Shown: positions 1-9,357, counted from the first letter of the stretch. The stretch: 64,000 nt of DNA from an uncultured Lachnospiraceae bacterium (GCA_963522175.1 CAUQXC010000002.1:253134-317133), one strand, 5' to 3'. The notes: generated by a model from the letters alone, not told the origin. Made by a program: numbers and translations.

Positions 1-527
1 TTTACAAGCTCGCCCATATCTTTTCTAAGACTTTCGTCAAGCCCCGAAAAAGGCTCGTCAAGAAGTAAAACCTTTGGTTTTGCGGCAAGAGCTCTTGCGA
101 GAGCCACCCTTTGCATCTGTCCGCCGGAAAGCTCACTTATCTTTCTTTTTTCTAAACCCGAAAGTTTTACCTGTTCGAGTAAAAGCTTAACCTCCTCATC
201 TATCCTGCTCTTTTCAAATTTTCGAAGTTTCATCGGAAAAGCTATATTTTGCTCTACATTCATATTCGGAAAAAGCCTTAAATCCTGAAAGACTATTATG
301 GTATCCCTTTTTTCAGGTGCAAGTCCTACAATGCTTTTATTATCTATGCATATATCACCGCTTTTAGGCTCTACAAGACCGGCTACTGTCTTTATCAAAG
401 TAGTTTTTCCGCAACCGCTTTTCCCGAGAACCGAGACAAATTCACCCGATTTAATTTCCAAATTAAGGTCCTTAAGTACGTGATTTGTACCCAGACACAC
501 GTTCAAAGCCTGTATTTTCAAATTCAT
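1..527 (-). CDS. ABC transporter ATP-binding protein (partial; C-terminus lies beyond the window edge)
   Basis: Absent from the ORF track because it runs off the edge. My minus-strand translation from the ATG at 527 reads MNLKIQALNVCLGTNHVLKDLNLEIKSGEFVSVLGKSGCGKTTL (Walker A), then ELSGGQMQRVALARALAAKPKVLLLDEPFSGLD (ABC signature and Walker B). It starts 9 nt after the permease stop at 537. Confidence 0.9.
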   Translation of the reverse strand, partial: MNLKIQALNVCLGTNHVLKDLNLEIKSGEFVSVLGKSGCGKTTLIKTVAGLVEPKSGDICIDNKSIVGLAPEKRDTIIVFQDLRLFPNMNVEQNIAFPMKLRKFEKSRIDEEVKLLLEQVKLSGLEKRKISELSGGQMQRVALARALAAKPKVLLLDEPFSGLDESLRKDMGELV

Positions 528-536
528 AAGCACCTC

Positions 537-1346
537 TTAGACAAAATATTCAATCTTATTTCCCTTTGTATAGTACCGTGCCAAGGTATCGAAAACAAGA
601 AAAACACCTATGGTTATCACAAGAAAAATCACGGCATATATGCTTGCAAAATTTCTTTCCCCGCTTTGCATATAAGGTACCATTACAACGGAAAAGGTCT
701 TTACGTTTCCGCCGCCTATAAGCAAAGTCAAAAAATACTGACTTATGGAAATGATATACGACATTGTAAAAGCCGACAAAACCACAGGAGTCATATTAGG
801 CAGGCTCACAAGGAAAAAAGCCTTTAATGCACTTGCACCCAGAACTCTTGCCTGCTCTTCAAGCCCCTTTCCCAAGGCTCTCGTCCCTTCTTCTATAAGC
901 TTATTGGTATAAGGCAGGGAATATATTATATGGCATATAATAACACCGATAACACTGCCTCCCAAGCCTATTCTTAAAAATAATATCTGTACTCCCATAG
1001 CAAATACCGTTGTAGGTACTAAAAAAGGACTCAGCATCATAAATGAAATAAAAGTTTTAAACTTAAAATCATAGAAAACGAAAGCCCTTGCGCTCAATAT
1101 GGCAATGATAACGCAACAAAACGAAACCACACAGGATATAAAAATGCTGAGTAAAAATGTATTAAATAAATCCTTACTCTTAAATACTATACTGTTAAAT
1201 GCCCTTAATGAAAATTTATTCGGAATCAAATTGGGCCATGTATACCTCTCCGTAAGCATCCAAATAAATAAAGTTAGTAAAGGTAATACAACTATAGCGG
1301 CAAATAAAACCAAAATCACTCTGCCGAAAATCTTATTTTTTTTCAC
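537..1346 (-). CDS. ABC transporter permease (binding-protein-dependent inner membrane component)
   Basis: 269 aa polytopic protein with an EAA-type loop, LIEEGTRALGKGLEEQARVLGASALKAFFLVSLP. It sits between the ATPase gene and a second permease gene. Confidence 0.85.
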   Translation of the reverse strand: MKKNKIFGRVILVLFAAIVVLPLLTLFIWMLTERYTWPNLIPNKFSLRAFNSIVFKSKDLFNTFLLSIFISCVVSFCCVIIAILSARAFVFYDFKFKTFISFMMLSPFLVPTTVFAMGVQILFLRIGLGGSVIGVIICHIIYSLPYTNKLIEEGTRALGKGLEEQARVLGASALKAFFLVSLPNMTPVVLSAFTMSYIISISQYFLTLLIGGGNVKTFSVVMVPYMQSGERNFASIYAVIFLVITIGVFLVFDTLARYYTKGNKIEYFV

Positions 1347-1407
1347 CGTTTCTCCCTCACTGCTGTTTTATAATAATAGTTTTTTATCTGCGTGTCGGCT
1401 CCCGGTC

Positions 1408-2262
1408 TCATTCGGTACTTTCTCTTTTTTTGATTAAAATAAAGTATATTACACTTGCCGCAAGCGATATAAAAATCAAGATTCCGTTATATGCCATGGC
1501 ATAAGGACGCAGCCTTAAATCCGGCTTTTGAAACTCCTGATAAGCTAAAATAGGCAGAGCTTTGGGAATTGTGGCACCCATTAACACGGGAAGCTCATAC
1601 GCCCCTAATGAATAGGCAAAAATTATCAAAAATGCACTCATAACCGTATTGAAGCACAGGGGCAGAGTTATGGTGAAAAATGTTCTCATTTTGCCTGCTC
1701 CGAGATTTGTAGCCGCCTCCCCGAGTCTTTTGCTTATGGAAGACATCAAAGCTATCACAAAATACACAATAAAAGGCACTTCCTTCCACAGATAAGCCAA
1801 AATAACGCCTACTCCGAACTTATCATAGACCAGAACGGGAAACTGACTTTGGTCATTGATAAAACCGAAGTGATAGCACAAACGTGCAAGCAAACCGTTG
1901 GCTGAAATAATATTGATAAAAACAAGAGCAACTATAACATGGGGAACCAAAATAGGAATTTTGGTTACAAGCAGCATAAATCCCTTGTCTTTACCGTACA
2001 AAATCATTAAGTATGCCAAAAATACCCCTATAACCACAGAAATCACGGACGAGAGGAACGAAATTTTTAAACTGTATAAAATTGAACTTAGTGTATCCGG
2101 TCTTGCAAAAATCTCAAGATAATATTTAAAATCGGGTTTATATAAGCCAAAAATCGGAATCACACCGAAGCTCCATGTGATTCCGATTATTATACCTATG
2201 AAAAATATCGCACCTACAACCAACTGCGGTAACAGTAATAAATAAGGTGTTAAACGTTTCAT
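1408..2262 (-). CDS. ABC transporter permease
   Basis: 284 aa polytopic protein with the EAA-type loop RLGEAATNLGAGKMRTFFTITLP. It is the paralogous partner of the 537-1346 permease. Confidence 0.85.
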   Translation of the reverse strand: MKRLTPYLLLLPQLVVGAIFFIGIIIGITWSFGVIPIFGLYKPDFKYYLEIFARPDTLSSILYSLKISFLSSVISVVIGVFLAYLMILYGKDKGFMLLVTKIPILVPHVIVALVFINIISANGLLARLCYHFGFINDQSQFPVLVYDKFGVGVILAYLWKEVPFIVYFVIALMSSISKRLGEAATNLGAGKMRTFFTITLPLCFNTVMSAFLIIFAYSLGAYELPVLMGATIPKALPILAYQEFQKPDLRLRPYAMAYNGILIFISLAASVIYFILIKKRESTE

Positions 2263-2274
2263 TTTAATTTCCTT

Positions 2275-3009
2275 TTATTTTTCTTTACTCGCAACCACCA
2301 AAATCGATACTCCGAAAGGTAAGTTCATAAATCTTATCAAGGCTTTTTCAAATCTCAGGACCTCCGTAAGCACCTTGTTACTGAAGCCTTCATTAGCCAT
2401 AGAAAGATTATTCGACTTTATATGAAACAAATTAGAGAAAAATCTTACGGCAAATACGGCAGGGAATAAAAAAGTATTGAAATACGTAGCCTTCCTTACC
2501 TTAAATCCTGCTTTTTTAAGCTTAACAACAAGCTCCTTCATGCTATACCTTCTGTAATGCATATTTATCTCGTCGTGCTCACTCCATAAAAACCAAAATG
2601 CCGGAACTGTTATAACAAGCTTTCCTTTGTCCGTAAGCATTTCACGAAAAAGCTTTAAGGTTCCCTCATCATCCTTTATATGCTCTATAACGTCAAGAGC
2701 CGTAATAAGGTCGAATTTTGTATTTTCAAAAGGACGCTCATCCGGAAGCATGGCTTTTTGAACCTTGACATTCTTGGTATTTACAAGGTGCTCAAGGGCA
2801 TAATCCGAATTCTCCACCGCAAATACTTTTCCGAACTTTTTTAAATCATTCAATATGAAACCGCAGCCGGCTCCAATATCAATGATATTGTTGGATTTTG
2901 AAGGCGAAATTATCTTTTTTATCTGCTCAAGAACTATTTCCTTTCTCCCAATATACCACCAATGCGTCCTTTGGTTTTCTTCTATTTGTTCATACATTTC
3001 TTTTTTCAT
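2275..3009 (-). CDS. Class I SAM-dependent methyltransferase
   Basis: 244 aa. Motif I is IIDIGAGCGF, followed by an acidic residue (FAVENS) and motif-II-like DLITALDVIEH. An N-terminal HWWYIGR block is present. No TM segments or signal peptide. Confidence 0.8.
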   Translation of the reverse strand: MKKEMYEQIEENQRTHWWYIGRKEIVLEQIKKIISPSKSNNIIDIGAGCGFILNDLKKFGKVFAVENSDYALEHLVNTKNVKVQKAMLPDERPFENTKFDLITALDVIEHIKDDEGTLKLFREMLTDKGKLVITVPAFWFLWSEHDEINMHYRRYSMKELVVKLKKAGFKVRKATYFNTFLFPAVFAVRFFSNLFHIKSNNLSMANEGFSNKVLTEVLRFEKALIRFMNLPFGVSILVVASKEK

Positions 3010-3103
3010 AGTTTTACTCTCCTATTCACTTAAAAGGCTTACCCTATAATTATAATATAATTCTATTCCAAGCAAGCCTTATACGTCAAGTCAATTTGAA
3101 GAG

Positions 3104-4396
3104 TTATTTACCTAAAACCTCTTCAGCCCATATCTCTTCAATAATAGGCACCAAACCTGCCGGCATTTCAGGTAATCTCTTTTCAAGAAGCTCCTTCTGA
3201 GAAATAACACCCTTTCCTATATCAACGGAATCAAAAAGTGCTTTCTGCTCATCACTCAGCTTCTCGTAAGAAACAACAGGTATGGTTCTTAAGGTTTTAT
3301 GTCTTTCAGCCTGAACCTCAGGTGACATCATTTCGTTAATGGCTACCTGTGCCGCAGCTTTATTTCCGGAATTTCCCGCTATTGCAATATAGTTGGTGTT
3401 TCCTATTGTACCCTTGTCAAACTGGAAGCTTCTTGTTGTCTCGCTGAAGGTTCCGTCCTCTATGTTTGCCGCAACTCCGAAAGCCGCATAGGACATTCCC
3501 ATGACAAGCTCTCCGTCAGCATACATATTTCTCATGGTAGGCTCTTTTTCAGGAAAGGTCTTTCCTTCGTTCCAGAGATATGGATTAAGCTCTCTCAAAT
3601 ACTCAAGTGCAGGCTCAATAGCTTCCTTAACCTTTTCCTTATCCTCAGGCATATCGGCAAACTGCTCATATCCCACTATATCGTAAATGATATTTCTTAC
3701 AAATGCGGAACCTGTAAAGTCGGGAAGTGCCGGATATGTAACCTTTCCCTTGTATTTCTTTGCAAATTCAAGCAATTCTTCAGTATTTTTAGGTGTTTCC
3801 GGTGTAATTGCACTGTCATTATACATAACAAGCTGTGCCTTTCCGTAAGGCGCCTCATAGCCTTCAATAGGAAAACCGAAGTCAAAGTTTACTTCTCTTT
3901 CACTTGTGTCTATATACTTTTCAAAGTTAGGTAAGCTCTCGGCAAACGGTCCGTAAAGGAAATTGTTTTCTTTTGCACTCTTAAAGTTCTCACCGTTAAT
4001 CCAAATCATGTCTATGTCACCGTTTTCTTTTCCGGCGCTCGCTTCACCCGAAAGCTGGCTCATTATAGCCTCTATATCCATGCCTACTCTTTTAAGCTTA
4101 ATATCATACTTTTCTTTTAAATGTTCGGCATAATATCCGTCTATCCAAGTATTAAGCCTGTCGTCTCCGCCCCACATGTAAAATGTAAGCTCCGTACCTC
4201 TTGCTTCCTCAACAAGCTTATCAAAATCGGAAGTTCCCGCCGCTACCTGCTCCGCACTCTTTTCGGCTGTTGTTTCTCCCGCTTTTTCAGTAGCTGCGGC
4301 TGTACTTTGAGGCGCATCTGCCGCCTTTGAACAAGCCGCTCCCGTAAATAAAAGCGTACCGAGGGCTAAACCGAGTAATAATTTGTTCTTCATCAT
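3104..4396 (-). CDS. ABC transporter substrate-binding lipoprotein (possibly YnjB-like; family not verified)
   Basis: 430 aa. Signal peptide with lipobox LFTGAC, then an A/T/E-rich linker and a large soluble domain (LTFYMWGGDDRLNTWIDGYY...). It lies in an operon with two permeases and an ATPase. Confidence 0.75.
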   Translation of the reverse strand: MMKNKLLLGLALGTLLFTGAACSKAADAPQSTAAATEKAGETTAEKSAEQVAAGTSDFDKLVEEARGTELTFYMWGGDDRLNTWIDGYYAEHLKEKYDIKLKRVGMDIEAIMSQLSGEASAGKENGDIDMIWINGENFKSAKENNFLYGPFAESLPNFEKYIDTSEREVNFDFGFPIEGYEAPYGKAQLVMYNDSAITPETPKNTEELLEFAKKYKGKVTYPALPDFTGSAFVRNIIYDIVGYEQFADMPEDKEKVKEAIEPALEYLRELNPYLWNEGKTFPEKEPTMRNMYADGELVMGMSYAAFGVAANIEDGTFSETTRSFQFDKGTIGNTNYIAIAGNSGNKAAAQVAINEMMSPEVQAERHKTLRTIPVVSYEKLSDEQKALFDSVDIGKGVISQKELLEKRLPEMPAGLVPIIEEIWAEEVLGK

Positions 4397-4402
4397 TTTC
4401 TC

Positions 4403-5098
4403 CTATTTCTTCTTTGTCTTCTCAATATACACCTGTCTTGCAAGCATTATAAGAAATGACAGACCGAACAATATCAAAAGTCCCGTAACCATTATCTTTG
4501 CTCCTCCCGTGAGGAAACCGCCCACATAGGAGTAAACCAAGGTTGCCGGTAACTGCCCTATGCCCGTGGCTATAAAAAAGCTTGTAAACGACATTGATGT
4601 AAGTCCTGCGGCATAGCTTACTATATCGAAGGACACGAAAGGCAAAAGCCTTGCTATAAGCACACTCATATTACCGTGCTTTTCAAAAAATTCATCTATA
4701 TTCTTCATACCGGATTTGCTTGTGAGCTTTTCCGCCACGTCTCGTCCCAAAATCCTTGCTATATAAAAACAAAGAGCGGCTCCCGCCATTGCACTTGACC
4801 ATGAAAGAATTGCTCCCTGCCACCAGCCGAATAAATTTGCATTTGCAAATGTTATAAGAAAGGCAGGCAAGGGAGCAACTACAGACTGTAAAATCATCAG
4901 TAAAAACGAAACTATGGCTGCATATACTCCGTAAGATGCGACAAAATCCTTAACCACTTGGAAATCTCCCGTGGCAAACATTGAAAAGATGTTATTTATA
5001 AGCTTATTGACAGCCGGAACACATACATACACCGAAAAGCAAAGCAAAAGAGCCAGTATAAGATATATTTTCTTTATTAAACTCCTATTTTTGCTCAT
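4403..5098 (-). CDS. TVP38/TMEM64 (SNARE-associated, DedA-related) family membrane protein
   Basis: 231 aa, multiple TM segments. Core block is VVAPLPAFLITFANANLFGWWQGAILSWSSAMAGAALCFYIARILGRD, typical of the YdjX/YdjZ-type family. Confidence 0.75.
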   Translation of the reverse strand: MSKNRSLIKKIYLILALLLCFSVYVCVPAVNKLINNIFSMFATGDFQVVKDFVASYGVYAAIVSFLLMILQSVVAPLPAFLITFANANLFGWWQGAILSWSSAMAGAALCFYIARILGRDVAEKLTSKSGMKNIDEFFEKHGNMSVLIARLLPFVSFDIVSYAAGLTSMSFTSFFIATGIGQLPATLVYSYVGGFLTGGAKIMVTGLLILFGLSFLIMLARQVYIEKTKKK

Positions 5099-5106
5099 AA
5101 TTCGTT

Positions 5107-5871
5107 TTAGTTAAACTTATACTCCATTTCTTTTGTTCCGTCCAAGGTATTCCATACATTTGTATAGCCTTTGTCAGCTATATAAGCTGCCGCCTTTGCG
5201 GAACGGTTACCCGAGTAGCAATGTGTTATGATAAGAGTATCCTTATCCTCAGGAAGCCGGCTGTCCAAGGTTGAAAGGTCTTCCACATTAACATTAATCG
5301 CATTTGCAAAATGCTCCTTATCATAATCCTTTGCCTCTCTTGCATCCACTATGAAGGCTTCATCTTTCTTTGCCATAAGCTCTTCACCCGTTATGTTACC
5401 GTACTTAACAAGCTTATACTCATACTGCTTTACTCCGTCAGCATTTGTAACATCCTTAAAGCCGTTTTCTACAAGTATATCTGCCGCCTCTCCTGATTTC
5501 TTTCCGGAGTTGCAATATAAAATAACGCTCTTATCCTTCCATGCGTCAAGCTTGCTTATATTATCTTTAAATGTGTCTATAGGCATATTGATTGCAAATT
5601 TAACATGACCCTCGGCATACTCTTCAGGGCTTCTTACGTCAACTACCATAACACCCTCTTTTTTCTCCTTGTCGTCCTCTATAGCCTGTAAATCCGCACC
5701 TGCCATAGTTTTAACCGCAGACTTTTCGCTCGCTTCATTCCCTGACTGAGCCTCGGTTCCACCCGCCTGAGCCTTAGTTTCATTTGAAGCCGTCTGACCT
5801 GAGCAAGCTGTAGAAATTGCCAATGCTCCTATCACTCCGATGCCTAATAAAACTTTTTTGAATTTTTTCAT
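5107..5871 (-). CDS. Exported tandem-rhodanese lipoprotein (sulfurtransferase-like)
   Basis: 254 aa. Lipobox AISTAC. Two rhodanese modules each carry a candidate catalytic Cys loop: LYCNSGKKSGEAA and HCYSGNRSAKAA. Confidence 0.8.
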   Translation of the reverse strand: MKKFKKVLLGIGVIGALAISTACSGQTASNETKAQAGGTEAQSGNEASEKSAVKTMAGADLQAIEDDKEKKEGVMVVDVRSPEEYAEGHVKFAINMPIDTFKDNISKLDAWKDKSVILYCNSGKKSGEAADILVENGFKDVTNADGVKQYEYKLVKYGNITGEELMAKKDEAFIVDAREAKDYDKEHFANAINVNVEDLSTLDSRLPEDKDTLIITHCYSGNRSAKAAAYIADKGYTNVWNTLDGTKEMEYKFN

Positions 5872-5987
5872 TACAACTAACCTCCATGTTGTTTATATTT
5901 TTTTTATCAATCAGCAAAATTTTAACACATTTTCCTTTATTTTTCTAATTGATTATTTCTATTGCTTATAGTCCATATAGCTAAAAT

Positions 5988-7010
5988 CTATACTTCATCT
6001 TCGTAAAGTATATCCTCGATGCTTTTAATAAAATCACCACTTAAATAAGCATTAAGTTTACGTCTTGTACTTTCATTGCGTAAATTTTTACTTTCATCGA
6101 GATACTCCGTATATGCCATGGCACACCATGTCAAGCCTCGTATACAGTTTATTTTTATAAAGGTATAGGTACTTTCTCTTATTTTCGAAGTGTCAAATCT
6201 GTTATTTACTGCTTTTATATACTCATCTATGAAAATATCAAACTCTCTTTTCTGAAGTATCACATCCGTTTTCCAAAATGTTGTCGTAGGTGCAAGGAAA
6301 TGTCCGAGATCCTGAGCCGGCAAACCGAATATAGGCTTTTCCCAGTCTATAAGATAACTTTGCAAACAGCCTTCCCCAGTCAAAAAATTGCTCGAATTAA
6401 GCTCTGTATTTACTATACATTTATACAAGCCCTTTAAATTTTTGTCTACATTTTTTTCTATCTCCCTCGCCTTATACAAAAGCTTTTCAAGTCTTCGTTT
6501 TATGTCCTCCGAAGCCCTGTCGTTATACGTATATACCTTAAGCATGCTTTCGCACTCGTCAAGTATGAAGCCTATATCGTTTTCGCTTTGTATAAGCCCG
6601 CTTCCGTCAAGTTTGAGGCTGTGAATATCCGCAAGAATGTGAGCCGCTTTTAAAATATCCTTCTTATAGTCAAGAGGTCTTCCTTTAAGGTAATCCATAA
6701 CCAGAATGCCTTTATCTATATACTTTTTTGAGCTGTCCGTATAATAAACCTTCGGCGTTCTCCCTGTTTTCCGAAGCTTCGACAAAGCATAGGCTTCATA
6801 TTCTATCTGATTTTCAAGCTTCATTTGAGAACCGTAGTTTATTCTCAAAACAAGCTTTTTATTCCATACGGGATGTCTGAAAACATAGTTCAAATTGTAC
6901 TCTCCCGCAGCTAAAAACCTGTATTTTTCCTCAACTTTTTCGGGAAGAGACAGGGCCTTCCTGTATTCTTTACTTTTTACCAAATTTGAAATCTGTTCTT
7001 CATTTACCAT
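5988..7010 (-). CDS. Phosphotransferase (APH/choline-kinase-like) family protein with an atypical catalytic loop
   Basis: 340 aa. It has the kinase-fold C-lobe pattern IVNTELNSSNFL ... YLIDWEKPIFGLPAQDLGHFL. The IDWE block matches the metal-binding D of the APH/ChoK fold. Its start ATG overlaps the upstream stop (TAATG). Confidence 0.6.
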   Translation of the reverse strand: MVNEEQISNLVKSKEYRKALSLPEKVEEKYRFLAAGEYNLNYVFRHPVWNKKLVLRINYGSQMKLENQIEYEAYALSKLRKTGRTPKVYYTDSSKKYIDKGILVMDYLKGRPLDYKKDILKAAHILADIHSLKLDGSGLIQSENDIGFILDECESMLKVYTYNDRASEDIKRRLEKLLYKAREIEKNVDKNLKGLYKCIVNTELNSSNFLTGEGCLQSYLIDWEKPIFGLPAQDLGHFLAPTTTFWKTDVILQKREFDIFIDEYIKAVNNRFDTSKIRESTYTFIKINCIRGLTWCAMAYTEYLDESKNLRNESTRRKLNAYLSGDFIKSIEDILYEDEV

Positions 7011-8371
7011 TATCTCACATCCTTGTATAAGTTTGCCAAAACATCAATATCTATGCCGTCTCTGTACATTTTTCTGAGTCTGTTCATCTTCCACATAAGT
7101 TTGAGCTTATCGTATACATTACCTTTAAATCTTCTGTCGCTCGTATATATCCTGTTTCTTGTCATGCCGAAGCGTATCCCCGCTTCCTTCAAATTCAAAG
7201 AAAATTTATAGTCCTCCATTAAAGGGAGATCCGGAAAAGCTCCCGCTTCAAAAAACAGATCTCTTTCAAGGAATATTCCTTGGTCTCCGAACATAACTCC
7301 CCTGTCAAAAACCCTGCTGTTGCTTATAAGCCTGCATATAAACATAAGTGGCGAAAGAGATTTAAAGGCTATACCGAAGCAACCGGCTCTACGTCTTGAC
7401 ATGACCTCTCTTATCTGTGAAAGAGGTTTATCCGGTAAAATACTGTCGCTGTGAAGGAAAAAAAGCACATCCGCCTTTGTACTCAAAGCACCCGTATTCA
7501 TCTGTTTGCTTCTGCCTTTTTCCGAAAAAATAAGCTTAAGCCTTTTATCAATCAGCTTTCTTGTGTTATCCGTACTTCCTCCGTCAACAAGTATTATCTC
7601 GCACTTGTCATTAAGCTTTAAAAGCTGTTTTTGCAAGGCTTCTATGGTTTTTTCCTCATTGTAGACCGGGACTATTATCGCTATACTCATTGTTTTTATA
7701 AGATACTTTCCGGTATGACTTTTTCTGAATTTACGAGATTTCCTAAGTCTGTCTCTGTAATAAATAATATCCTCTTTTGTGTCTATATCTCTGAATGTTC
7801 TCAAAAAACTTATATTCTTATTTTGTGCCTTTATTTTATTCACTGTGCCTTCAAATACGCTTTCATCCCCGAATTTTTCCAGATTAAAGACCTCTCTGTC
7901 GGGCTTTTTCATACCTATAAGACAGTAACCGCCGTCTGCCGCCTTGCCCAGAACATAATCCTTATACCTTAAGTTTATAAAAGCGCTTTTTATGTCCGCA
8001 GCCCTAAGCTCGGGAATGTCGCTCCCCGTCAAAACAAGAAATTTGTAGCCCTTTTTGTATACCTCTTCTATTGCGGTATACATCTTTTCTCCTATATCCT
8101 TTCCTTCCTGTCTCAGGTACGAAACCCTTTCTCCGAAAATATTCTTAAGCCTCAAAAAAGCCTTTCTTACCGCTTCCTCATTTACCCCCTTCGGCACGTC
8201 ATAATAAAGAAACACTTTCACATCTTTAAGTTTTCCTATTTCCTCCGACATATCTTTAAGCATGGAAAGATGTAAGCCTACACACTTTTTCTCATCAAAA
8301 TAAGGCATAAGCCTTGTCTTTGTGTGCCGGTTTACAGGTAACCTGCTGAAAATAATAAGTGCTTTATCCAC
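7010..8371 (-). CDS. Fusion protein: DUF2064 (TIGR04282-like) domain + family-2 glycosyltransferase (TIGR04283-like) domain
   Basis: 453 aa. The N-terminal half begins ALIIFSRLPVNRHTKTRLMPYF (DUF2064 signature xxIFaKxPxxGxVKTRL). The C-terminal half has IAIIVPVYNEEKTI...EIILVDGGSTDNT...GRSKQMNTGA...FLHSDS (GT2). GTG start preceded by AAGGAG at 7-nt spacing. Confidence 0.75.
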   Translation of the reverse strand: MDKALIIFSRLPVNRHTKTRLMPYFDEKKCVGLHLSMLKDMSEEIGKLKDVKVFLYYDVPKGVNEEAVRKAFLRLKNIFGERVSYLRQEGKDIGEKMYTAIEEVYKKGYKFLVLTGSDIPELRAADIKSAFINLRYKDYVLGKAADGGYCLIGMKKPDREVFNLEKFGDESVFEGTVNKIKAQNKNISFLRTFRDIDTKEDIIYYRDRLRKSRKFRKSHTGKYLIKTMSIAIIVPVYNEEKTIEALQKQLLKLNDKCEIILVDGGSTDNTRKLIDKRLKLIFSEKGRSKQMNTGALSTKADVLFFLHSDSILPDKPLSQIREVMSRRRAGCFGIAFKSLSPLMFICRLISNSRVFDRGVMFGDQGIFLERDLFFEAGAFPDLPLMEDYKFSLNLKEAGIRFGMTRNRIYTSDRRFKGNVYDKLKLMWKMNRLRKMYRDGIDIDVLANLYKDVR

Positions 8372-8382
8372 AAAATAACTCC

Positions 8383-9357
8383 TTAAATAAACTTGGTTTT
8401 TGCTCTGTTAATCCACGAATTTTTAACATCCGGTTTTTCATTTGTTCCCAATATCAGTGGCAAGAAATGCAATACATTGTCACAGCCCTGTCTGTTAAAA
8501 TTTCCCGCACAGGTTCCGCAATACGTAACTATCTTATCATGCCCCTGCGCTTTAAGCTTTTTCGGCATATCAAGGGCAAGCTGCCTTTCCTTTACTATGG
8601 CACAGCCGCCCAAACCGCAGCACTGTACATTCTTAACAAAATCAGTTTTTGCATTTATAAAAGGAGCCACATATTCCATCCATTTTTTATTTTCCCTGTC
8701 CGGACAAGGCAAAAAAATATCCGCAGTGAAATCTATCTTATTCCCTATTCCAAGCTCGGTAAGCTTTTCATATATGGTGGTAATTTTAACATTCAGTCTG
8801 TCTCCGAAATGATAAAAACAGTTAGGACAAACCAGAACAAATTCCTTTATACCGTTTTTTTCTATAAATTTATTTATTTTATCTATTATCTCATTTTCTT
8901 CCTTTACAAGCCCCAGCTCTGCTATAGGCTTTCCGCAACAGTCATAAGCCGTGTCTATGTTTTGCTTTTCCTTAAGTAAAGCCGAAATATACCTCATGGT
9001 TTCAGGAAAAAATGAGGGAAAATTACAGCCCGGGAAAAGTATACTTTCCGATTTCGCCTTTGAATAATTCTTAAAAATATAATTTTTCTTTTCAAGAAGC
9101 AAAGGAGCATAGCCCTTTTGTTTTAAGGAATAGCCTCCCTCTTTTACCTCGTCCGTTCTCATGTCAAAAATAATCTGTCTTCCGTCTATATCCTTGGGAC
9201 ATACTCTTGTACACTCACCGCACAAAAAACAATGATATGCCAGATCCTTAAGCTTGTCTACATCACCTATGGTCAAATTGTACTTTGTGAGAAATGAGCA
9301 ATGTTTTGTACAAAGTTTACAATTTATGCACTTTGTAAAATCGGTATGTTTATTCAT
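8383..9357 (-). CDS. (Fe-S)-binding CCG-domain oxidoreductase subunit (HdrD/GlpC/LutA-like)
   Basis: Two ferredoxin-type clusters (CINCKLCTKHC and CFLCGECTRVCP) and two CCG motifs (YDCCGKP, VQCCGLGGC). Start trimmed to MNKHTDF (ATG at 9357), since the longer ORF-track start would run far into the upstream gene. Confidence 0.75.
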   Translation of the reverse strand: MNKHTDFTKCINCKLCTKHCSFLTKYNLTIGDVDKLKDLAYHCFLCGECTRVCPKDIDGRQIIFDMRTDEVKEGGYSLKQKGYAPLLLEKKNYIFKNYSKAKSESILFPGCNFPSFFPETMRYISALLKEKQNIDTAYDCCGKPIAELGLVKEENEIIDKINKFIEKNGIKEFVLVCPNCFYHFGDRLNVKITTIYEKLTELGIGNKIDFTADIFLPCPDRENKKWMEYVAPFINAKTDFVKNVQCCGLGGCAIVKERQLALDMPKKLKAQGHDKIVTYCGTCAGNFNRQGCDNVLHFLPLILGTNEKPDVKNSWINRAKTKFI

